Below the pieces are notes generated by a model. That model searched no databases. It was not told where the DNA came from and saw only the letters and a list, made by a program, of their open reading frames with translations. Positions 18,366 through 26,908 of a DNA stretch of 64,000 bases are shown here, piece by piece. Made by a program: the position numbers and the translations under genes. Within the stretch, counting starts at the first letter, position 1; every line of letters starts with the position of its first letter. Source of the stretch: an uncultured Gammaproteobacteria bacterium (lineage in GTDB: Bacteria; Patescibacteriota; Microgenomatia; UBA1406; HO2-37-13b); contig CAZTFB010000003.1 of NCBI GenBank assembly GCA_964612595.1, forward strand, positions 32,272 to 96,271. The letters run 5' to 3'.

Positions 18366-18512
18366 ATGGACATCTATTATATCGTCACGTATGTGACGAA
18401 GGATGGCGAGACCAAGACTCAGATTGTCAGCTCTGACAACCTCGAGTGGTTCAAGAGCTACGTCGCCTCACAGGGCGGCAGTGTCATTCATATTTCTTCT
18501 AAAATCTTTTAG
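18366..18512 (+). CDS. small hypothetical protein (48 aa) not in the ORF track
   Basis: ATG 7 nt after the RBS. Translation MDIYYIVTYVTKDGETKTQIVSSDNLEWFKSYVASQGGSVIHISSKIF. High GC. Confidence 0.35.
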   Translation: MDIYYIVTYVTKDGETKTQIVSSDNLEWFKSYVASQGGSVIHISSKIF

Positions 18513-18677
18513 TATACTCACCTATTTTGCCTCTGACCCCATAAAAACGGGATTTTGATTATATAGATGAAAATTTAAGAAGAAAAATGAAAATATATAC
18601 CGTACAGGTGCCAGCGGCCTAACCGCTGGCACCTGTCTCGGTACCTTCATTCGATAACACATCTCCTTTCTGGACCT

Positions 18678-19442
18678 CTAGGTCCATTTGCCGTTGCTAG
18701 CCCAGCTTGCCAGTGACTTTAACATCAGTGCATAGCCGGGACCAGCACTGATCCTCTTCTCTCTTGGCCGTTGCAAGCTTGTCGGCCACCACATTCCGCG
18801 ACGTGGTAGGAGAAGTCGTCTCTCTTTGTCTGAACCCCTCACCGTGAACTTCACCACGGTCAGATCCAGAACCATTTCCGACCAGACCACTCCCTCGAGG
18901 TCTACCTTTTCAGGCAGCTGTATGTCATCCAGCTCAATAACCCACATCTGCCCCGCCCGATCCCAGAACCATGAGGTGGAGTACACCAGACGCTTGCTGT
19001 CGGTGTGAATCTCAACTCTCAAGAACAGCAGCTCGATGAGGCTGATATGAGCTGCATGCCGAGCAGAGAGAGAGAACAAGCCCATCCAAGGCTTCGGGAG
19101 AACGATGACCGTGGGTCGAACATCCATGGCCATCTTCCCATCGCCCTCGTCACGCTCCCACAGATCTGTTCTGAACCTGAGCGGATTACCTCCCTCTTTG
19201 CGAGGAGTGGTGCGGTTCTGCTTTCTGGTCAAATGTGACCTCAGCCAGCCCGAAAGCCGGTAGATTGCCACCATAGGCCAGTCCAGCAGAGTTGTCTCAC
19301 TGGTGGGGGCGGCTTGCTGTGTGCTTGCCGCCCTCTCATCGGATGCAGGTTTTGAGCTCTGCAAGGACGCGATGAAGCTTCTCACCTGACCAGAAAGCCA
19401 GTAGACCAGCTCCATTGGGAGGTCAAGAATCTTGTCGATCAT
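18678..19442 (-). CDS. hypothetical protein (254 aa) in high-GC island, with an internal N-terminal repeat
   Basis: Two copies of a D(L/W)PMxxxYxLSGxxRS motif near the N-terminus. GC about 58%. No recognised domain. Confidence 0.45.
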   Translation of the reverse strand: MIDKILDLPMELVYWLSGQVRSFIASLQSSKPASDERAASTQQAAPTSETTLLDWPMVAIYRLSGWLRSHLTRKQNRTTPRKEGGNPLRFRTDLWERDEGDGKMAMDVRPTVIVLPKPWMGLFSLSARHAAHISLIELLFLRVEIHTDSKRLVYSTSWFWDRAGQMWVIELDDIQLPEKVDLEGVVWSEMVLDLTVVKFTVRGSDKERRLLLPRRGMWWPTSLQRPREKRISAGPGYALMLKSLASWASNGKWT

Positions 19443-19451
19443 ACTGACCTC

Positions 19452-20498
19452 CTACTGAATGTGGCTCAAGCCACGCCAGATCTGCGCCCAGCAGGTCGTT
19501 CCCTGCACGTTCATGAGCACTTCGACCCGAGGCACCTCGTTGGCCCTGTTGTTGCGGATGCTTCGCGGATCGAAGCGATGCTTAGTTCCGCTAGCAAGGA
19601 TCTTGCTCCCGTTATCCCAGACACACGGGATACCTGCAGGAGCATCGATCACAAGCCAACTCGTGAACACCGATGTTAGTGCATCAGGTCCATCGCCGGT
19701 CGAGACGACCGGCGCAGGCCCCGGCGCGGACGCCGGGGCCTGGCTCTGCTGATCAACCTGGATGAAGATGCCCTTCGGGTAGTGCCGGGGGCCAAGGTCA
19801 CCGGTTCCATCCAGTGCCTTGCCGTTCATGGCACCCAAACCCTTCACGGCAGCTTCGGTCAGGGTGATCTTGACGATGCCGTAGTCGCTGTTTTCCCTGT
19901 CATTGCAGGTCATCTGCCACTCCTGAGGGCCGAACCACGGATCATCGACCATGGCAAACGCACAGCGAACCCCGATCGGGATCTGGGCCGATGTCGCATC
20001 GCCATTCGTATGGTAGTGATTGCCTCTGAACCAATTCCCCCAGGCAACAACCGGCTTCTCGTACTCCTGATGGTACTTGATCGGCGTCGCCGTAGGGGCT
20101 GGTGTTGGCTTGATGATCTCGATGTTGGCACCGTCCTCGGTGTACGTATCGGACGCCGGCCCGCTGCTGTGAGAGTCGCCAGACGTGTCGCTTCTTTCCT
20201 GGATCTGGACCGAGTCGTTCACGGCCAAGATGTCGCCATCGAGGACGTTGTCCACTCCGTTGGAAAGAACGTCATCTACCTGAGCCCGCTCGGCTCCCTT
20301 GGCGAGGAACTTGAAGCCGAGGTCCGTCACCGGCCAGAAGCCGATGGTGATGCTGAAGAACATGATGAGCATGCCTCCGATCACCGTAAGCGCGTTCTCG
20401 ACCTTCAAGCCGTTCGTCTTGACGTCGCGGATGCCCGCGACAATCAGGAGCAGAGCGAGACCAAAGGCGATCAGTGCGTTCAGGACGCTGTTTTCCAT
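19452..20498 (-). CDS. membrane-anchored hypothetical protein (348 aa) in high-GC island
   Basis: Two N-terminal TM helices, a Ser/Thr/Pro-rich linker, and a C-terminal globular domain of unknown fold. Confidence 0.45.
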   Translation of the reverse strand: MENSVLNALIAFGLALLLIVAGIRDVKTNGLKVENALTVIGGMLIMFFSITIGFWPVTDLGFKFLAKGAERAQVDDVLSNGVDNVLDGDILAVNDSVQIQERSDTSGDSHSSGPASDTYTEDGANIEIIKPTPAPTATPIKYHQEYEKPVVAWGNWFRGNHYHTNGDATSAQIPIGVRCAFAMVDDPWFGPQEWQMTCNDRENSDYGIVKITLTEAAVKGLGAMNGKALDGTGDLGPRHYPKGIFIQVDQQSQAPASAPGPAPVVSTGDGPDALTSVFTSWLVIDAPAGIPCVWDNGSKILASGTKHRFDPRSIRNNRANEVPRVEVLMNVQGTTCWAQIWRGLSHIQ

Positions 20499-20513
20499 CT
20501 GAGTGACCTCCTG

Positions 20514-22997
20514 TCACTGTTGTGCCAGCCACCCGAGGGCGGCTAGCTGCGGATAGGTCTCCAGCATTGCCTTCCACGATTGGCAGTCGTAGCCGTTTGT
20601 GTTATTCGAAGACGTGCAGGAGTTATTTACGGGCCAGCGACGATCAAAGAACATCATCCCGACCCGATTGTTATCCGACACGCCATAGTGAGACTTAGTC
20701 TTCTGCAGACTCTCCCACTTGGCGGAAGCGCCTCCGAAGCCATCGTTGATCACAACGAATCGAAGGCCCGGGACTCCACCGAAGTCGGCATTGTTGCCTC
20801 CCATCGAATGGAACACGTCCCAGACCAACACTATACCCTCGCCCTTCAAGCCAGCCTTTTCTCGAGCTCTTGCAAACTCTTGAGCAACTTGCTTGACGTC
20901 AGCGAAAGTCAGCGCCGTGTTGTGCTCTTGGTCAACCACGATGCCATCCAATCCAAGTGGCGTTAGCTGAGTAATCCCCTTGCGAAGATCCTCGACCTTA
21001 CCACTCGTATCGAGCAGAACCATGGTGCCATTGGCATGAGCAGTTGGAATCAACTTCACGAAATGATTCATCGTGAAGCCAGAGTGTAGTACGGGTACGA
21101 CAACCGGAGTTGCCGACCTACTCGTTGCGCCTTCTACAGCGCTAGCCCAACTCCTCGCTGCCCCAACGATCTGGTCTTCGGAACAGGTATTCCCGAGCGT
21201 TCCTGGCCCACCGTTTGTACATGGCCACCCCCAGACAGGAGTGAAGAGGCCCGTTGCAGGTACCTCAAACGCGTACGACCGGCTGACACCAGTGAATTTC
21301 TCGAGAACCGAAGCGTCGAAGGTCACGTTACTGTAATTCCTCAGGAAGCGAAGAGCTCCCATTTCGTGCGTCCGGATGGACATGCCGAAGAGGAATGCCA
21401 GCATCATGATCTGGACGTAGTAAACCGCGAATTGAACCCAAAGCCCTTTCAGACTCCCATTCTCGCTCTTGATAAAGTACCGGATAATCAGCCCCATCGA
21501 ACGAAGGGGCACGATGATCACAGCACCCATCGCAAGCAAGATGGCAAGCAAAAGGAGCGTTGGACCGAGCGCTAGTGCATAGGTAAGTGACGGACCTGAC
21601 TGCATGGGATTATTGCCTTGGTAAGGCTCATCCCACGGCCAATCTTCCGTCGATCCGCGAAGGCGATATTCCATTAGCTCAGGATCGAAGTATGTATCGA
21701 CCCTTTCTTGCCTCTGGTTCGCATCGCGGATTTCAAAGTGGACATGCGACCAGCCTGTCATACCAGTCATTCCCACTCTGCCTAGCACAGTTGATTGATC
21801 CACTTCTTGACCCGTCTTTACCATGACGTATCCTTCCGGATCGCCACTGGAACCAGACGGAATCTTGAAAGATGGATCTCGCTCATCAACAAGGTGGGCA
21901 TACACAGTGGAACGGCCGTCTGGATGCTTTATCCACACCCAGCAGCCATAGTTACCGGCGTTATTACAGCCGGCGTATTCCACCTTGCCCGGGGCGGCAG
22001 CACGCACAGCAGCAAGCTGCACCGCGCTGAGATCCCACGCATTCACAGAACACCGACCGGTCTTCACCGGACCAATGATCGTGCACTGCGTGTGATCGTC
22101 TTCATCGGAGCTGATGGTATTGCTGGCAACCGGAAGGCGCCAGCCATCCTTACCCACAAGTCGTCCGTCCCTGAAACCGTCTACCAGCTCTGGTCGTTGC
22201 ACGATCAAATCGGGCTTGAACCAGTTAATGGGAAGACTGAACAGGAACTTCTGGGTTGCGAGGACAGGATGGTTGTAGACCTTCAGACGGTTCTCCACGT
22301 TGTTGTCAGAGACTAATAGCGATGTTTCGCTACACTCTGGCACATTGCATGGATCTCGTCTCCCATATTTTTCATGGGTAGCATAACCCATGTAATCTGC
22401 TCCGATCGACACAAAAGTCCAACCGGACAGATTCATGGGAGCCTTCGGATCATCCGCCTTTACAAAAACGCCTTTGTATCGTCTTGCAAAGTGAAGATGA
22501 GATCCACTAGTTCTACCGTACGCACAGTCAACACGACCGATCCGATCGCTCGCCTGCACCACTGTACCAACAGGTATGCGATCAGTATCGGACATGTGAT
22601 AGTACAGCAGCGACCACGAGTTGTTCGGGTCACCATCACCATCGAGGTCCACGATAACCTCTCCCTCTTTGGAGGTGGTAACCACTCCCGGGGCCGCGGC
22701 AAGAACCCATTCATGCGATATTTCACAGCCCCTTGAAATAGGGACTGCGAAGTCAACTGCAGCAAATTGGCCATCTTTGTAGCCAAGGTGCGGTCCTCCC
22801 GAGTAAATCCATTTCTCCTCAGAGGAGAATGGCAAAAGTAGAGGTGGTTGTTGAGGCGCACGTGCAAGATCGACCCACGTGGAATCCATATGGGTTGAGT
22901 TCTGCGCGTAAACGACATTTTGTTCTTTTGTATGTGCTGAAAGGACGAAAGCCATGATGGCCACCGTCCTCAGCATGCGAAACGCTGGGGTGGTCAT
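20514..22997 (-). CDS. multidomain cell-wall hydrolase with two M23 (LytM-type) metallopeptidase domains, mid-protein TM segments and an uncharacterised C-terminal domain
   Basis: Signal peptide. M23 signatures GRTSGSHLHFARRY and GMTGMTGWSHVHFEIRD. Hydrophobic helices around residues 470-540. 827 aa, GC about 60%. Confidence 0.7.
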   Translation of the reverse strand: MTTPAFRMLRTVAIMAFVLSAHTKEQNVVYAQNSTHMDSTWVDLARAPQQPPLLLPFSSEEKWIYSGGPHLGYKDGQFAAVDFAVPISRGCEISHEWVLAAAPGVVTTSKEGEVIVDLDGDGDPNNSWSLLYYHMSDTDRIPVGTVVQASDRIGRVDCAYGRTSGSHLHFARRYKGVFVKADDPKAPMNLSGWTFVSIGADYMGYATHEKYGRRDPCNVPECSETSLLVSDNNVENRLKVYNHPVLATQKFLFSLPINWFKPDLIVQRPELVDGFRDGRLVGKDGWRLPVASNTISSDEDDHTQCTIIGPVKTGRCSVNAWDLSAVQLAAVRAAAPGKVEYAGCNNAGNYGCWVWIKHPDGRSTVYAHLVDERDPSFKIPSGSSGDPEGYVMVKTGQEVDQSTVLGRVGMTGMTGWSHVHFEIRDANQRQERVDTYFDPELMEYRLRGSTEDWPWDEPYQGNNPMQSGPSLTYALALGPTLLLLAILLAMGAVIIVPLRSMGLIIRYFIKSENGSLKGLWVQFAVYYVQIMMLAFLFGMSIRTHEMGALRFLRNYSNVTFDASVLEKFTGVSRSYAFEVPATGLFTPVWGWPCTNGGPGTLGNTCSEDQIVGAARSWASAVEGATSRSATPVVVPVLHSGFTMNHFVKLIPTAHANGTMVLLDTSGKVEDLRKGITQLTPLGLDGIVVDQEHNTALTFADVKQVAQEFARAREKAGLKGEGIVLVWDVFHSMGGNNADFGGVPGLRFVVINDGFGGASAKWESLQKTKSHYGVSDNNRVGMMFFDRRWPVNNSCTSSNNTNGYDCQSWKAMLETYPQLAALGWLAQQ

Positions 22998-23158
22998 CGG
23001 CCTTGTCCTTTCGAAGGTACCGAGTTGTCAAAGTTCAAAACTGAGTCTTTTCAGACACAGTCCTCCCACACATTGCGGAAGGGAATATATTATACCACGA
23101 GACACAAAAAATAGACTTATAGCAATAAACTACAAGCTTTTTTAAAAAGATTTCGCAG

Positions 23159-24505
23159 CTATATTCCCCCAACGGTATCCACACTGAAGAATCTTACGCG
23201 ATCACCGCGGAAGATAAGCTCTATCTCCCCCGTTGGACCGTTGCGATGTTTTGCAATAAGAAGTTTCATCATTCGTTTTGATTGATCCATCAGTTCGTCG
23301 TTGTCCTCATCACTGTAAAGGAACATAACAATATCTGCATCCTGTTCAATCGATCCCGATTCACGTAGATCAGCAAGCTGCGGTTTTTTTTCACCACGAT
23401 GCTCAATTGCGCGCGAAAGCTGTGATAGCGCGATAACCGGAATTTTAAGTTCGCGCGCGATATTCTTTAAACTCTGAGAAATAAATGACACCTCCTGGAC
23501 CCGACTCTCAAGTCTCTTTCCCGGCGTCGCTAACTGCAAATAATCGACAATAATCATTTTAAGACCCCTTTCGATCGTCAACTTTCTCGCTTTTGTACGC
23601 ATCTCCAAAATTGAAAGGCCGGGCGTATCATCTATGAAAATTGGAGCTTCAGAAAGCTCCCCCATTGCTTGTGTTAAGCGTGTATAGTCTTCATCCGAAA
23701 GTTTCCCCGTTTTCAATTTCCACGCATCAATATCTGCCTGACCAACCAATAAGCGATCCACAAGTTCCTCCTTACTCATCTCCAGTGAAAAAAAGCCAAT
23801 AGGCATTTTTTCTCTTAATGCAATATGAAGAGCCATGTTTAAAGCAAAGGTCGTTTTTCCCACACCCGGACGCGCCGCCAGAATAATTAAGTTAGAATCC
23901 TGAAGCCCCGCAAGTTTACTATCTAAACCTGAAAATCCCGTCGGAATACCACGCATCTTACTATCTGATTTCATAAACTCCTCTAGACGCTCAAAGCTCT
24001 CCGCGAGAATATCTTTTAGCTCGACAAAGTCCCTATGCAAAAAGGCTTGGGAAAGAGCAAAGATATCTGTTTCCGCACTATTTAGAAGATCGCGCACATC
24101 TCCCGTTTCGTCGAACGATTGCTCAACAAGCTTCGACGCTACCGAAATAAGCGTACGCTTTAGATAGCAGTTTTTTACAATTTCAGCATATTGTTTTACA
24201 TATGCTGAGGTTGGCACGATATCAATAAGACCATTCAAATAATCCTTATCACCAATACGCTTCAATGTCCCTTGCTCTTTTAACTCAGCAGCAACCGTAA
24301 TAATATCGATAGGCTTATTCTTCTCAAAAAGTAGGAGAGCTGCTTCGTATATTAGTCTGTTATCGTTGTAATAGAAGTGTTGCGGTAAAAGAATCTCTGC
24401 AACTTCTGAGATTGAGCCTGCATCAATAAGAATTCCGCCGAGAACAGATTTTTCGGCGTGTAAATCATGCGGCGGAATTTTGGTCGGATTCAATTTTTGA
24501 TCCAT
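23159..24505 (-). CDS. dnaB: replicative DNA helicase DnaB
   Basis: N-terminal DnaB domain and Walker A (AARPGVGKTTFALNMALHIA). 448 aa. Confidence 0.9.
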   Translation of the reverse strand: MDQKLNPTKIPPHDLHAEKSVLGGILIDAGSISEVAEILLPQHFYYNDNRLIYEAALLLFEKNKPIDIITVAAELKEQGTLKRIGDKDYLNGLIDIVPTSAYVKQYAEIVKNCYLKRTLISVASKLVEQSFDETGDVRDLLNSAETDIFALSQAFLHRDFVELKDILAESFERLEEFMKSDSKMRGIPTGFSGLDSKLAGLQDSNLIILAARPGVGKTTFALNMALHIALREKMPIGFFSLEMSKEELVDRLLVGQADIDAWKLKTGKLSDEDYTRLTQAMGELSEAPIFIDDTPGLSILEMRTKARKLTIERGLKMIIVDYLQLATPGKRLESRVQEVSFISQSLKNIARELKIPVIALSQLSRAIEHRGEKKPQLADLRESGSIEQDADIVMFLYSDEDNDELMDQSKRMMKLLIAKHRNGPTGEIELIFRGDRVRFFSVDTVGGI

Positions 24506-24511
24506 GAAAGA

Positions 24512-25165
24512 CTATGCTTGTTGGGATAACACGATCACCTTTGTTTGTTCTTCAAAATCAGCTGGTGTTACAGTAAGCTTTTGCAGTGGCTCGTAGGTCG
24601 TGATGCCTAGTTTGCTGAGGAAATCTTCAAGTGGCGCCAGTTTTTCCATAATGTCTGAAGAGAAGGCGTCGTTTCTATAGTGCATTGGAATGACAATTGA
24701 GGGTTCTAACTTTTCGATGACCTGACGAGCTTCTTCTGCGTCGATGGTATAGAACCCACCCACAGGAATAAGAAGCACATCGACGCCATCGATCAATTCT
24801 ATAGTTTCTGCTGAAAGCGTATGACCAAGATCGCCACAATGAAGAACCGAAACATTTTCAGATTCTATTTTATACATAACGTTCCTACCTCGTTCTTCAC
24901 CCTTAGTCTTATCATGGTATGATTCAAATCCAGTAATGCGAATACCGCTTCGCTCGTATTCTCCAGGAAGATCAATGACCAGCGGGTCACCACCTACTTG
25001 CGAGTACGCATTATGATCATCATGATGATGAGAGAGCGTTACGACATCAGCATCAACTTTTGGGAACGCTTTGCCTAGCACCTTTGCATCGAAGGGGTCT
25101 AAAACGACAGATCCAGTTTTAGATTTGATTCTGAACGAAGAATGTCCGAAGTATGCAATTTCCAT
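24512..25165 (-). CDS. metallo-beta-lactamase-fold metal-dependent hydrolase (UPF0173-like)
   Basis: HxHxDH motif (LSHHHDDHNA) and downstream His/Asp ligands. 217 aa. Confidence 0.75.
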   Translation of the reverse strand: MEIAYFGHSSFRIKSKTGSVVLDPFDAKVLGKAFPKVDADVVTLSHHHDDHNAYSQVGGDPLVIDLPGEYERSGIRITGFESYHDKTKGEERGRNVMYKIESENVSVLHCGDLGHTLSAETIELIDGVDVLLIPVGGFYTIDAEEARQVIEKLEPSIVIPMHYRNDAFSSDIMEKLAPLEDFLSKLGITTYEPLQKLTVTPADFEEQTKVIVLSQQA

Positions 25166-25274
25166 AGTAGGTGTATGGTAGCAAAATACCGAGTCTATTT
25201 CAAGGACTGCTCAATACATGCTATAATGCTGGATCGTTCGACTTTGGCATTCACCCAGCAACAAAGGAGCTCGT

Positions 25275-25454
25275 ATGTCCGGCGGCAGCGTACATCACAT
25301 GAAACCGAGTTGTCAAGGAGGGACTGGTTGTCGCGGCAAAGGCACACACACATGTAAATGCGGCGACAAGGTCTGCAGGGATCACTGGGTCAAGGAGTGC
25401 GGCACGTGGATGTGCACGAGTTGTCGCACCAAAAGGCGGCGCGGCCACATGTGA
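25275..25454 (+). CDS. small Cys-rich basic peptide (59 aa, 8 Cys) in a ~250-bp high-GC insert
   Basis: TATAAT at about 25234, RBS AAAGGAG, ATG at 25275. Translation MSGGSVHHMKPSCQGGTGCRGKGTHTCKCGDKVCRDHWVKECGTWMCTSCRTKRRRGHM. Followed by a 9-bp GC hairpin at 25480-25512. Confidence 0.4.
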   Translation: MSGGSVHHMKPSCQGGTGCRGKGTHTCKCGDKVCRDHWVKECGTWMCTSCRTKRRRGHM

Positions 25455-25541
25455 CATTCCTCACTAGCTGAGTCGAATCAGCGACCCCTCGGCCTGGCGT
25501 CGGGGGGTCGCTACCTTACCTTAAAGACCCTATAGGAAGTC

Positions 25542-26585
25542 GTGTACAATACTGGCATGAAATATCCCCTACTCGTATCTAACCCAGCAAACATTTTTTA
25601 CCTTACGGGGGTGCACATTGAAGCCCGCGATGCGTGGGTTTTGCTTACTGAGAAAGAAACTCACTTCTTTACCGATGCTCGATATAGTGACGTGCTCGCA
25701 AGTATGAAAAGCCCCATCATTCCTCATGAAATTTCTGCATCTAGTCCGCTTTCAACACAGATCCAACAGCTACTCGCCGATTTGAACAAAGACTACATAT
25801 ATTTTGAAGCTGATAATCTGACCGTTTTAGAACTAGCTACGTTAAAAAAGAAAGTTCCTCTCACTTTTAAGTCGACAAACGGAATTATGACTAAACAACG
25901 AGAAGTTAAAACTCCTCAAGAAATCACAAAAATTAAAAAGGCATGCAACACAATTGACGCGTGTTTGTTTGATATAAAAAAACTTATCCGCCCGGGCTTA
26001 ACTGAATATGAGATTGCATATAAGCTTGATTCATGGCTTCGCGAAAAGGGGTATGAAAGCGCCTTCCCACCAATCATCGCCGTAAACGAACATGCAGCAA
26101 TCCCCCACTTCAATACCCAAAAGCATGGCACCAACAAAATTACTGAAAACAGCATTATTCTCATTGATGCTGGCGCGAAAGTTGATGGATATTGTTCAGA
26201 TATTTCTCGTATGTTTATTGTGGGAAAACCATCAACAACCTTTTTGAATATTTATAAGAAAATGCTTTACGTTCAGGAAAAAACTATTGCCAAATTAAGC
26301 ACAAGTAAAACATATAGTGAGGTTGATCTCTTTTGTCGCGGTGAATGTGAGAATCACAACATAGTCCCCCACCGACATGCGACAGGTCATGGAATCGGCA
26401 TAGACGTCCACGAGAAACCATACGTTAGTTTCACTTCGAAGGATGCTATAAAATCAGGTCAAGTTGTAACCATTGAGCCGGGAACCTATGTCGAAGGACA
26501 ATATGGCATTCGCATCGAAGATACTGTTTTACTAAACCCGGCTAGACTGCCAATAGTACTTACAAAATATCCAAAGGCGCTTTAG
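25542..26585 (+). CDS. pepP: Xaa-Pro aminopeptidase / M24-family metallopeptidase
   Basis: M24 pita-bread signatures (DAGAKVDGYCSDISR; HGIGIDVHEKP; TIEPG). 347 aa. Confidence 0.85.
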   Translation: MYNTGMKYPLLVSNPANIFYLTGVHIEARDAWVLLTEKETHFFTDARYSDVLASMKSPIIPHEISASSPLSTQIQQLLADLNKDYIYFEADNLTVLELATLKKKVPLTFKSTNGIMTKQREVKTPQEITKIKKACNTIDACLFDIKKLIRPGLTEYEIAYKLDSWLREKGYESAFPPIIAVNEHAAIPHFNTQKHGTNKITENSIILIDAGAKVDGYCSDISRMFIVGKPSTTFLNIYKKMLYVQEKTIAKLSTSKTYSEVDLFCRGECENHNIVPHRHATGHGIGIDVHEKPYVSFTSKDAIKSGQVVTIEPGTYVEGQYGIRIEDTVLLNPARLPIVLTKYPKAL

Positions 26586-26908
26586 TTAATAGAAATTTAA
26601 CATCCATCTATTAATATGAGTCACATGAACATCCAGGCAGTTTTAACAACAACGAGGGATTTATTTATTAACACTGCAAGTGTACAACTTGCAATACTTG
26701 TGTACGTTCCTAGAGGTCGATCTCGAGCAGACATGCTTGAAACTATAGCAAACACCATTTTTTCCATGTTGCTCTTTGCATTGTCAATTTTGATAGAATC
26801 AAACATATGACAGTAAAAGAGGCCGAGAATATTAATTTCCGAATGGCGGTTGTGTCTGGATTAATGATTATCGTATTTCTACTCTTTTGGATTGCCTTCG
26901 TGAAGTAA

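Noticed and set aside
19459-20577. Plus-strand ORFs (19782..20546, 19459..19752) and minus-strand ORFs (19910..20131, 20272..20577) overlapping the 348-aa and 827-aa genes
   Set aside because: High-GC frame artefacts. The retained minus-strand ORFs have TM and signal segments and recognisable M23 motifs.
26807-26908. 33-aa hydrophobic micro-ORF (MTVKEAENINFRMAVVSGLMIIVFLLFWIAFVK) in the pepP/membrane-protein intergenic region
   Set aside because: No clear RBS and no supporting conservation evidence. Too short to call from sequence alone.
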